Positions 38,086 to 46,857 of a stretch of 53,845 bases of DNA are shown in pieces. The stretch's first letter is position 1. Every line of letters begins with the position of its first letter. Source of the DNA: a virus (taxonomy: Duplodnaviria; Caudoviricetes); the IMG/VR virus record IMGVR_UViG_3300042486_000458, positions 1 through 53,845 of that record, one strand, 5' to 3'. The notes under the pieces are model-generated. The model saw only the letters and a program-made list of their open reading frames with translations, was not told the DNA's origin and did no database searches. Position numbers and translations under genes: made by a program.

Positions 38086-40617
38086 TTATATGTGTCTCTT
38101 GCGTTCCGAGTGCCCGACATTCATAGATGGCCTTCCACCGCTGCCGTATAGCGTCTTATTCGTCACTTCCTTCTGCCGTTTCAGGTATGTCCAGTATGCG
38201 ATACGCAGCGCGTCAGCTCTGCCCGGCGATCTGCCGATTTCCTTCTTTATCTTTTCCTTTGGCGTAATACTGATACACTGCTTGCCACCGATGCGCTCAA
38301 CTTCAAATGTATAAGCACAAAGCTCTGTCATAAGCTCCTGATCTTCTGGAAGTGCCATGGTTGGATTGTATTCAGGATCGAGAGCTTCGCGAAGCCGCCA
38401 CAGGCTTTCAGCTGTTACCTTATCAAAGTGCAGTACCTTATTCTGGTCCATTGCGGATGATGTTTTTGAGCCGACATAGTGCAGCACCTTTATGCCACTG
38501 TCCGACAATATACGCTTTGGATCGCCGCCATATCCGCCGCCCATATCCATACCAACCCATGCGCCGTTACGAAGATGTTTAACAACAAGGGCGGCGACAT
38601 CAGAGCCATCCACAATATCCTTCCCACCTTTTGCAATAAGCGGATCGACAAACAGGTCATCACGTATTGGCGCGAGAACGGTATCATCGCCACCAAGTGA
38701 CGGGTCACACCCCATGGAGTTCATAGGCTTGCGCTGCTCATTCTTCCGCTCATTCCATCTCGCGTTTGCAGCGCGTATCCATGATGTCGGAATAACCTGA
38801 TTTTCCTTATCGGTTCGTGATAACATGAAATTACCATCGCGCATTGCGGAACGTAGCGGTTCTGGTAGCGCGTCAAGCGTGGATTTGTAATCCGTATTTA
38901 TAAGGTATGGGTTATCGGACAGTTTGCCGGGGATGAATGTCCGTGATTTCGGTTTAGTCGGCGTTTTCTCGCCTGAAAACAATATCGGCTCAGGGCCATC
39001 AACCCACATATCCTTACCATCTGGATCAGTCACAACCCATCGAAGCTCGCCATGCTTTGCGGGTTTGTGATATGTCGGATCAAGCCATGGCCTCCAATAA
39101 CCGATAATCCAGTCACCCGCAGATGAGGTTGGCGGGTTTGATGCGCCGAGAACACGGGTGCGCTGGTTTTTCTTTACCGATCTGACCCATGTCTGCAAGA
39201 ACCTGAAATCATGCTCCTTAAAGTTCGCCAATTCGTCATACGCCAAAAGGTCGTGAGGCTGACCTTGCCAAGTGGTCGAGTTGTCACCAATAGCCCCAAA
39301 TTCAATTGTGCGCTTATCCTTTGTCCGCAGCCTTGGCCTCGTACCACCTGTAAAACCCTCCCGCGTACCATTAAGGCGGATGGCATCTTCGGTGAGTGCG
39401 AAAAGATCAGTATAAGACGGTCTTAAAATAAGCGACTTTTCATGCTCGCTCAGTGCCAAGCCGAGGATAAGACCAGACTTGCCACTATTGCCTGTAATAA
39501 ATATCTTTCCATCCCGCCTTGCCAGCCAGAAGCCAGTCGTTGTTGTAAAGCAGTACATACGCTCGGCTGGTATTCTTGTGATATTAGTCACATCACAGCG
39601 TATTGATACCGACGATGCCACGCTACCAGCTTTTGATATATGAACGCGGTATATGGTTTTATGATTTGCACTGTGAGGAGGGACTACCGATATACTCGCG
39701 AACCTTCCGCAGGCGTGGGCGGCGAATTGAATAAAGTCGGCATCGCATTTATTTGTCGTGTTATAACATATATCACCACCAGTTGCGCCTGAGTAAGCAC
39801 CATCCCAATATGATACCTCATCTAGCACCACTTGAAGATGACGAGCGGGTAGAGTGTACCAATACGGCTCGTCATATTTCTTGGATAGCGTCGGCGACTC
39901 AAACCCATATCTAACCTCTGTTGGCCTATTTGGATTATTATATGTATGATATGCTATATTTAATTCACTCAGGAAACCAAGGAGTCTATCCTTCTTGCGT
40001 TGCTTGCGTAGCGATATGCGGCAATACGCACCACCATCTTTTCTGTGTGTCAAATTGCCATCTGCTTTAATTGCTACAGCAAGGCGCAGGAATAACTCAT
40101 CACGCGGCGATATGTCATCATCCCATACATTAAAGGATGTAGGGACTTTATTCTTTGATGGTTTACGCTCCACCTGCGCGGCGGTTTTAACAACAAGTTT
40201 ACCGTTGTATTGGTACAACGGCATTTTGTGGCATTCGGATAGTGCCATGGAGATACGGCTGGATTTAAACTCGATAAGCTCTTTGCAAGGCGCGTCTATG
40301 TATGCCAGTGGTGTTTCAAAGTGGAGAAATGGTTGGTGTTTGTCTTGCAAATAAAGAACGGCAATTGATTGTGGATTATTGACATCATAGCTATCAATGC
40401 GCTGCCATCCTGCGCTTGTCAGGTATTCAGTATCTCCAGATGTGCAACCAGCCGCGCCGCCATATAGCAACACATCAGCCTCGGAGAAGTAGGCATCCGT
40501 TTGTGGCCCCGGATTTGGAACAAATTTAATACCCGCCATTAGCTGCTCTGTTTCAGCAACCAGCTTGTCGTATTCCTCAGGTGATAGGTTTGCGATTATA
40601 TCTTCGTAGTTGGTCAT
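38086..40617 (-). CDS. Terminase large subunit, intein-containing
   Basis: Walker A GGAAG/SGKS split by the intein; Walker B LAYDE; ASNPP; nuclease GCDP and SPGRADA. Confidence 0.92.
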   Translation of the reverse strand: MTNYEDIIANLSPEEYDKLVAETEQLMAGIKFVPNPGPQTDAYFSEADVLLYGGAAGCTSGDTEYLTSAGWQRIDSYDVNNPQSIAVLYLQDKHQPFLHFETPLAYIDAPCKELIEFKSSRISMALSECHKMPLYQYNGKLVVKTAAQVERKPSKNKVPTSFNVWDDDISPRDELFLRLAVAIKADGNLTHRKDGGAYCRISLRKQRKKDRLLGFLSELNIAYHTYNNPNRPTEVRYGFESPTLSKKYDEPYWYTLPARHLQVVLDEVSYWDGAYSGATGGDICYNTTNKCDADFIQFAAHACGRFASISVVPPHSANHKTIYRVHISKAGSVASSVSIRCDVTNITRIPAERMYCFTTTTGFWLARRDGKIFITGNSGKSGLILGLALSEHEKSLILRPSYTDLFALTEDAIRLNGTREGFTGGTRPRLRTKDKRTIEFGAIGDNSTTWQGQPHDLLAYDELANFKEHDFRFLQTWVRSVKKNQRTRVLGASNPPTSSAGDWIIGYWRPWLDPTYHKPAKHGELRWVVTDPDGKDMWVDGPEPILFSGEKTPTKPKSRTFIPGKLSDNPYLINTDYKSTLDALPEPLRSAMRDGNFMLSRTDKENQVIPTSWIRAANARWNERKNEQRKPMNSMGCDPSLGGDDTVLAPIRDDLFVDPLIAKGGKDIVDGSDVAALVVKHLRNGAWVGMDMGGGYGGDPKRILSDSGIKVLHYVGSKTSSAMDQNKVLHFDKVTAESLWRLREALDPEYNPTMALPEDQELMTELCAYTFEVERIGGKQCISITPKEKIKKEIGRSPGRADALRIAYWTYLKRQKEVTNKTLYGSGGRPSMNVGHSERKRHI
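39487..40446 (-). mobile_element. Intein (320 aa) with LAGLIDADG-type endonuclease, in the terminase P-loop
   Basis: Starts CTSGDTEYLT and ends YCFTTTTGFWLARRDGKIFITGN with +1 Ser; AIKADG and SYWDG blocks. Confidence 0.9.
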
Positions 40618-40650
40618 ATTGCTTCCAATATTGTGGAACAGGGGAGTTGG

Positions 40651-40869
40651 TCATGTGGACTCTGATGATAGCATGGGAATGGGCGCAGGTGCGGGTGCAT
40701 CACATACACGTTGTCCGAGCATAATGCGGGACACGGTGCTTTTTGATATTCCGGTTTTAAGTGCAATCGAGCGAACGGATTCGCCTGCTGCTGCGAGCTT
40801 AAGTACCAGTTCGGTTTCAAGAACCCATTGCGGCTTACGGCCTGCTGTTTTATTCGTCGTATTCGTCAT
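40651..40869 (-). CDS. Small helix-turn-helix protein
   Basis: GESVRSIALKTGISKSTVSRI. Confidence 0.7.
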   Translation of the reverse strand: MTNTTNKTAGRKPQWVLETELVLKLAAAGESVRSIALKTGISKSTVSRIMLGQRVCDAPAPAPIPMLSSEST

Positions 40870-41323
40870 AATCTATATCTTCAATATCATGCGAGGTATG
40901 TGCGTTAGGTGCGTCAGGCGAAGCAGGAGGGGGAACTCCACGCATCCTAAGCTGATCCAAGAATGCGAGTTTGCGGGCGAGTTCATCGGGTGCAACGCTC
41001 ATTATGTTAATATTTGTCGTATTCCCAGCCTGCGTATCGCCAGTCGGCTTACCATCCGAGCGCGCCAATATCTCCTTCGCGGCGTCATTCGCGAGACGTT
41101 TATCCTCGCCTGCCATATTATCAAGCAGCGTCATCATGGCGATATGGCGCATGACCTCCGCCATTTCCTTCGCAGGCTTACCTTCCTCCGACATACGTTT
41201 GAGCTTATCACGTGCGACTTCAATGGATTCCACAAGTCCGATGTTTAACGGGACACCACCGTTTGATTTCTCCCCGTGGAGAGCCATCAATTTACGGTTC
41301 ATCATCTGCGTGCGTTCGTCCAT
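40850..41323 (-). CDS. Probable terminase small subunit
   Basis: Upstream of TerL; AAKEILARSDGKP..NINI motif and acidic tail. Confidence 0.55.
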   Translation of the reverse strand: MDERTQMMNRKLMALHGEKSNGGVPLNIGLVESIEVARDKLKRMSEEGKPAKEMAEVMRHIAMMTLLDNMAGEDKRLANDAAKEILARSDGKPTGDTQAGNTTNINIMSVAPDELARKLAFLDQLRMRGVPPPASPDAPNAHTSHDIEDIDYDEYDE

Positions 41324-41369
41324 ATTATTGTGCCAATGTGCCTGCGAGCGTGCGTTCGTCCATATGCGT

Positions 41370-41795
41370 TTATACTATATTATGTTTACATTGGAGAGCC
41401 ATCAGTCCCGATGCCTGTACGTTATTGATATGAGATAACACCTTCTCCAATCCATCAAGTGGATGCTCTGCGCGGACCAGAAAGTAATTGTGCCCCATAT
41501 CGGACATCTTGGCTTGCAAATCCTTTTGCGGCTGTGATTGTGGGCGGGACTCCACTTTTAATTCGATAAATACAGACATGCCACGGGGGAGAAGGACAGT
41601 TAGGTCAGGCCAACCTTTTAACGCGCCTGTTACGGTTTTCTGCTGCATACCCTTTGGAGATAGCGATAAACCATTACCATCGCCATGTATCACGTGGCCC
41701 AGCCTACGAAGCTCCTGAACAATGTAGGCTTGCACCATCCATTCCTTCCAGAAGTAGTGTTCATCATTTGGTAGTCGTCCGAGAAATAAATCCAT
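41370..41795 (-). CDS. VRR-NUC domain nuclease
   Basis: GWPDL...FIELK...Q motif; start moved to ATG 41795. Confidence 0.85.
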   Translation of the reverse strand: MDLFLGRLPNDEHYFWKEWMVQAYIVQELRRLGHVIHGDGNGLSLSPKGMQQKTVTGALKGWPDLTVLLPRGMSVFIELKVESRPQSQPQKDLQAKMSDMGHNYFLVRAEHPLDGLEKVLSHINNVQASGLMALQCKHNIV

Positions 41796-42040
41796 GTGGT
41801 TATAGTGCCATAAGAAAAAAGGGTATGCAAGAAGATATTGGGACAGTATGGAACATATTTCGGGACAGTGAAGTGGTGGAGGTGAGTGTGGTGGTGTATA
41901 TAGGGAATTCGGGGGTGGGGTAGGGGGGGGTATCAAAGAAAAAGCATCCACAGCGAAACATAACGATACGGCCCGTCCTAGCGCGCGGAATACATTCCCA
42001 TAATACGATGTGATAATATATAGTATGTAAAAGAAAATGA

Positions 42041-42075
42041 GAACAAAGCGCGAACACGTGAGAACAAATGCGAAC
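42041..42075. promoter_or_regulatory. Alphaproteobacterial LexA-type box GAAC-N7-GAAC with two further GAAC repeats
   Basis: GAAC at 42041, 42052, 42062 and 42072. Confidence 0.5.
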
Positions 42076-42077
42076 AT

Positions 42078-42091
42078 GGTATCATAATACC
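42078..42091. promoter_or_regulatory. GGTATCATAATACC palindrome
   Basis: Fourth copy of the motif. Confidence 0.55.
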
Positions 42092-43277
42092 GCCTGAAAT
42101 TTGCTCGTACATTCGTTCTAATGTCCCGCAATAGGGAATCATACAGCCAGAAAATAAACCACTGTAGCGCGCTCTATTGCGATTTAACGGGTTAAAGCCG
42201 CTTTGCGGCCAGTGTCCAAACGCGCATATATATTGATAATGACACGCATTTGCAGTTATATAAGACTTATATACACCTTGCGCCATATACCGCCACTTAC
42301 CCCCTCGCAATCCCGCAGTATTCCTAGGGTTTTGATTTGTGCCTTAAATTGCACGCAGGAACGCAACGAAAATGGTTTTATATGGAATCATCCACACAAC
42401 AAACAAAACGCACGTAGCACGTGATTTTCGGCCTTTGCGTGCCTATGTACTTTTCATGCTATTTTATGCGTAAAATAGTGAATAAAAAATGCACTTTTAG
42501 GCCTGTTTTGAAAAAATTGTCTAAATACTAGACAAAATGAAATTTTTTACATTCTAAAAGCAAAAATGCCTCGAATCGCTTCGAGGTTATTGGCTGGAAA
42601 TCTTCAATGTTTCCAATGTATTACCCTTCTTCATGCCGGGTTACTTCAGCGTATCATGGGTATAATATGGCAGTTTTTACCCCAAAATGCAAGCAGAATT
42701 ATTTATGCGTATCGAAATTGCTAGGAATTTGTTCATAAGTGTAATAGTTAATACGATATGGAAATAATTTTCCATATGATTAGTCGTTATATAATGCTGT
42801 ATCAGGAATTAGACAGTGTAAGAGAAAAAATTTAATAATATCAATATATTATATATATAAAGTATATACTTATATTACCTTCTACTAGAAAAACCTGTTA
42901 TTTACCATAACTAGTGCTTTATTTTCCGTAACTACACCTTCCGACTTTTTTTTCGGTTTTGGACGAAAAATAAATAAAATAAATCCAACACACTGATTTA
43001 ATTAAACAATTCGCGTTGACTGTCTAAAAATAAATACACAAATAAATGAAAGTAATCATATGGAAACTCGAAATAATATTGCGCGCAACTACCGTATCGA
43101 AATACCCCTGCGCTATCATGTTTTATAGCATATTATGCATAAATAATAACATTCCCATAATACTTAATATCCCCATGGCACTAACCTTGGTATTCCTGCA
43201 GCATACCCCTTGGCGTTATGGCGCTCTTCATAAACCTATGGCATAAAAATAAATGTAAAAAATTTATACAATTTGTA

Positions 43278-43319
43278 TTGACAACATTTATATAACTATT
43301 ATATAACTATTATATAACT
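43278..43319 (+). promoter_or_regulatory. Early promoter (TTGACA) overlapped by three TTATATAACT direct repeats
   Basis: Repeats at 43288, 43299 and 43310 (11-bp period). Confidence 0.65.
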
Positions 43320-43348
43320 TGAACACATAAACTCATAAGGACAAAACA

Positions 43349-43501
43349 ATGCTAAACACAATCCTAATTCGCAAATATGGCATTCGTGGCATGAGCAACG
43401 ATGACCTTCGTAATATGATGGTATTCCATAAGTCTAACCGTCGCCTTGTGGCATTATGCCGCAGGCAATTGGTATTCAATAAACTAGCTGGAATTGGTTA
43501 A
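43349..43501 (+). CDS. Early 50-aa protein
   Basis: TAAGGA RBS; first gene after the promoter. Confidence 0.6.
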   Translation: MLNTILIRKYGIRGMSNDDLRNMMVFHKSNRRLVALCRRQLVFNKLAGIG

Positions 43502-43505
43502 TAAT

Positions 43506-43661
43506 ATGGAACTGGTTCAAGTTTTAAAGAATGTTTATGTGTCACAGGCTGATTTGCAATCAGGTTCAAAACTTCTTGTGGCATATAACGCAAATGGTTC
43601 ATTCAAGCTGAAGCGTGGCAGAATGTGCTTTTACGATACTAAATGGAAGACAATAACATGA
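43506..43661 (+). CDS. Early 51-aa protein
   Basis: Operon packing; ATGA overlap with the next gene. Confidence 0.5.
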   Translation: MELVQVLKNVYVSQADLQSGSKLLVAYNANGSFKLKRGRMCFYDTKWKTIT

Positions 43662-43810
43662 CAATACGTGACTATCTAATCTCAAAAGCTGATGAGTATC
43701 AGAATGACTATCTAACCATCGCCAAATTCGGCGAACACAATGGCTTAAGCGAAACGCAAGCTCTTGAATTCATCGCACTAGCACAAGCAATACGAAACAC
43801 AAAGGTATAA
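43658..43810 (+). CDS. Early 50-aa protein
   Basis: YQNDYLTIAKFGEHNGL motif. Confidence 0.6.
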   Translation: MTIRDYLISKADEYQNDYLTIAKFGEHNGLSETQALEFIALAQAIRNTKV

Positions 43811-43822
43811 GGATATAAACAC

Positions 43823-44689
43823 ATGACAAGTAAACATAAACACTACGATCTGGCATATAGAGCTTTTTATAATACCAGTTTTACACCAGATAAGAGGGCC
43901 GCTGATTATTGCGCGGGTTTTGATGCTGATATTGAAAAGCTAAAATCCCTTGGCGTTCCTGATGATAAAATCATCAAATATGAAGGCTTATGGGTTCAAT
44001 GGATGCAGGCAAAGAGCCGTTGCCTATCGTCTATGATAACAGGGCCGGCTAATTTCCCCGTTGCGAGAGCTGAAAAGGCAAATCAGGCAGAGCATAACCG
44101 TGGCGAGGAATGCAGCGCGTATTTTAATAAACTTGTGGATTATGCGGAAAAGGAAAAATACTACGCTGAAAATCCTACAGCGCGGCCTATTCAATCGGAT
44201 GATGAAAACGCCATTGAAAAACTACAGGCTAAACTTGATATATGCAAAGCAAATCAGGAAAAGATGATACAAGCCAATAAGCTGATACGCAAAAACGATC
44301 ATGAAGGCTTGCGGGTACTATTGGGGGATGATTTTGCGGGAAAGGTATTAAAACCCGATTATTTAGGCCGCGTTGGTTTCAGGCAATTTGAATTAAACAA
44401 TAACCGCGCTGAAATTAAAAGGCTTGAAGGGCGTATCAATGAAATTCAAAAGCGTAAAGCCACAACACCAAAGGATTTAATGATAAATGGCGTTCGCTTT
44501 CTTGAAAATCACGAGGCTATGCGTATTCAAATATTCTTTGAAGGCAAGCCAGACGCGGCAATGATTGCCTTGCTTAAATCATGCGCGTTTAAATGGGCCC
44601 CAAGTGTTAAAGCATGGCAAAGGCAATTGACGAATAATGCTATAGACGCGGTTAACCGTCGTATCATTCCAGCGGTTAAGGGGGTGTAA
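43823..44689 (+). CDS. Early protein resembling DUF3560/polyvalent-protein domains
   Basis: SSMITGPANFP, IQSDDENAIEKL, FEGKPD..LK..FKWAPS..AWQR. Confidence 0.65.
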   Translation: MTSKHKHYDLAYRAFYNTSFTPDKRAADYCAGFDADIEKLKSLGVPDDKIIKYEGLWVQWMQAKSRCLSSMITGPANFPVARAEKANQAEHNRGEECSAYFNKLVDYAEKEKYYAENPTARPIQSDDENAIEKLQAKLDICKANQEKMIQANKLIRKNDHEGLRVLLGDDFAGKVLKPDYLGRVGFRQFELNNNRAEIKRLEGRINEIQKRKATTPKDLMINGVRFLENHEAMRIQIFFEGKPDAAMIALLKSCAFKWAPSVKAWQRQLTNNAIDAVNRRIIPAVKGV

Positions 44690-44690
44690 T

Positions 44691-44852
44691 ATGCACGCTG
44701 TCAAAGTCACATTTGAAAACGGGGATAGTATCACAACGGAAATAAATGGAACGCGGGAAAGCGTTTCAGAATACTACGCCATAGGAAAGGTTTTTAACCT
44801 TGGCAGTGTATCGGATAATTTACAGCGCGTAACAAATATTCAATTTATATAA
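44691..44852 (+). CDS. 53-aa hypothetical protein
   Basis: ITTEINGT..EYY..FNLG motif; purine-rich RBS. Confidence 0.6.
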   Translation: MHAVKVTFENGDSITTEINGTRESVSEYYAIGKVFNLGSVSDNLQRVTNIQFI

Positions 44853-44864
44853 GGAAACAAAGAC

Positions 44865-45770
44865 ATGAAACTATTATCGAAAGTTGCCCCTAAACATACA
44901 AGAGTACCAACATTATCCGATATTTACATATCAAATGGCATTGCATACGCAAGTGACGTTGATACAATTATCAGCACGCCATGCACGTATCCTGATGGAC
45001 TACGGCTTGTAAAGTATCCTGATTTAGTATCAGAGCGTAGCCCATTGGATTATCCAACGGATATTATAGCGCGGGATATAAAGGAAAAGATTTTTTCTGT
45101 ACCAGTAACGGTTGATATATTCAAAACGCTATCCCCTGCCATGAGTAAAGAGGCTACGCGTTATTACATATGCGGGATTGCTATTCTATCAAGCGGCATA
45201 TTCGCTGCGACAAATGGCCATATGCTGATGATGCATCCAGCGCAAGGCGCAATGGAACACTATAATTACAAAGCGGGGGTAATTATTCCATCCGATTTTG
45301 TCAAATTTGCGCTTGAGGCGGCAAAGGAATGTAAGGTAAAGGATTTTGTACTTGATATACACCCTCGCCATGTTGTCGCAAGAATTGGGAAATACACCAT
45401 TCAATCAAAGCTGGTCGATGGTAGTTACCCTGATATTGCGCGGGTTATTCCAGAAGGGTATGCACGCACGACTATGCACGATCAAAAGCAAATGGCGGGG
45501 ATTGCCAAAGTAATAGCCACAATTGAAAAGGCTAAGGGCAAAAAGGTTTCACACACGGTTAAGTTTAGCCCTGATTCGGGCTGTACCATGCTTAGTGATG
45601 AAAGCATCCGCTTTGAAAGTGTGTCAAATTTTGAAGAAATGGGAATTGGGTTTAATGCCTTTTACCTTTCCAATATCCCTAGTGGAATTGTGGAATATAA
45701 GGATAGCACAAGCCCTATCAAGGTTATATCGGGCGAATACACCAGCGTATTGATGCCATTGAGGGTGTAA
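44865..45770 (+). CDS. DNA polymerase III beta sliding-clamp homologue
   Basis: ATRYYICGI, ATNGHML, SKLVDGSYPD..RVIP, GFNAFYL and terminal VLMPLRV. Confidence 0.8.
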   Translation: MKLLSKVAPKHTRVPTLSDIYISNGIAYASDVDTIISTPCTYPDGLRLVKYPDLVSERSPLDYPTDIIARDIKEKIFSVPVTVDIFKTLSPAMSKEATRYYICGIAILSSGIFAATNGHMLMMHPAQGAMEHYNYKAGVIIPSDFVKFALEAAKECKVKDFVLDIHPRHVVARIGKYTIQSKLVDGSYPDIARVIPEGYARTTMHDQKQMAGIAKVIATIEKAKGKKVSHTVKFSPDSGCTMLSDESIRFESVSNFEEMGIGFNAFYLSNIPSGIVEYKDSTSPIKVISGEYTSVLMPLRV

Positions 45771-46027
45771 TGACCATAGCAAAGGCTCGTAAAATGTTTG
45801 AACGCTTCTGTCTGGCAAATGATGTCACGCCGGAAGCGGTTATATCAAAGGAACTATGCAGGGAAGATATTGAACACGCAAGAAATGTTATTGTTTACAA
45901 TATGGCACACGCCGGTATTCAATTTTGGAAAATATCGTACATAATGGAAAGGAAAAAGCATAATCTTATAAGAAATTTAAATAATTTTATCGTAAAACAT
46001 AACCTTAAACATATTGGAGAAAAATGA
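45770..46027 (+). CDS. Small helical protein, possibly DNA-binding
   Basis: TAATG coupling; ARNVIVY..ISYIM. Confidence 0.55.
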   Translation: MTIAKARKMFERFCLANDVTPEAVISKELCREDIEHARNVIVYNMAHAGIQFWKISYIMERKKHNLIRNLNNFIVKHNLKHIGEK

Positions 46028-46329
46028 TGGGTAAGCACACACAAGGGCCAAACCTTCAAATGATTTTACAGGCCAAAGCAATGATCAAAAACGGCCATAG
46101 CGTGGAATGGGTTGACGCAACAATGCTTAGTGAATACCAAGGTAAAAAAGGATTAAAAGCCTGTAAAGACGCGATAGCAATTGCACGTATGGAATTGGCC
46201 GCGCCTGATCTGTTGGAGGCTTTGGAGCTTATAGCCAATGATGACCCACGCAATAAAAAGCAGATGAACCTATCAATGGTTAGGGAAATAGCACGCGCAG
46301 CAACCGCAAAAGCAAAGGGGGAGGTGTAG
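46024..46329 (+). CDS. KHTxGP...AAPDLLEAL family protein
   Basis: Motif and RBS. Confidence 0.7.
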   Translation: MMGKHTQGPNLQMILQAKAMIKNGHSVEWVDATMLSEYQGKKGLKACKDAIAIARMELAAPDLLEALELIANDDPRNKKQMNLSMVREIARAATAKAKGEV

Positions 46330-46331
46330 TT

Positions 46332-46628
46332 ATGACACAGAAACACACACAAGGACCATGGAAGGTTCAGGAAATCGAAAATTTTAGAACTGGCGAAGTT
46401 ATATACTATGTCCGCGATGAAAGTTTTGACACGATTTGTGATATGTATTTTGAACGCAATCAAATTTTTTTCAAACACCAAAACGCGAAAGCCAACGCTT
46501 GCCTGATCTCAGCCGCGCCTGAATTACTTGAAATTGCAGAGGCTTTGATAGATTGGGATTTTAGAAACAATCGCAAGGCCTTTATACAAATGGCATTGGA
46601 AGCACTCAAAAAAGCAAAGGGCGAATAA
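46332..46628 (+). CDS. KHTxGPW...AAPELL family protein (paralogue)
   Basis: Motif and GGAGG RBS. Confidence 0.7.
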   Translation: MTQKHTQGPWKVQEIENFRTGEVIYYVRDESFDTICDMYFERNQIFFKHQNAKANACLISAAPELLEIAEALIDWDFRNNRKAFIQMALEALKKAKGE

Positions 46629-46629
46629 C

Positions 46630-46857
46630 ATGAAACTCCTACTAATCGAAAACATCCGAGGCTCATTCGTCGCAACGCCTGTACTCAATGGCAAGCGCGA
46701 TGATTTCATGACCTGCGAATTCTGGACCGAGGCGGAATTAACTCTATTCGTATCAGAGTTTTTTCTAAATCCATACGCAGCGATATACGCATTTGAGGCG
46801 ATTAAACAACATTCCGGCCTTGCTGAAATAGCTGGTCATGGGGCAGGTGCAGCATGA
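46630..46857 (+). CDS. Hypothetical protein
   Basis: Operon packing. Confidence 0.6.
   Translation: MKLLLIENIRGSFVATPVLNGKRDDFMTCEFWTEAELTLFVSEFFLNPYAAIYAFEAIKQHSGLAEIAGHGAGAA

Noticed and set aside
40610-41438. Long + strand ORFs (212 aa and 155 aa)
   Set aside because: Antisense shadows of the TerS/HTH genes with no motifs or RBS.
41796-42131. N-terminal extension of the 253-aa ORF
   Set aside because: Low-complexity translation of regulatory DNA (G-run, GAAC boxes); the VRR-NUC domain starts at 41795.
43046-43246. 66-aa ORF and the 42203-42424 ORF in the control region
   Set aside because: No RBS or motifs; both lie upstream of the early promoter in AT-rich DNA.
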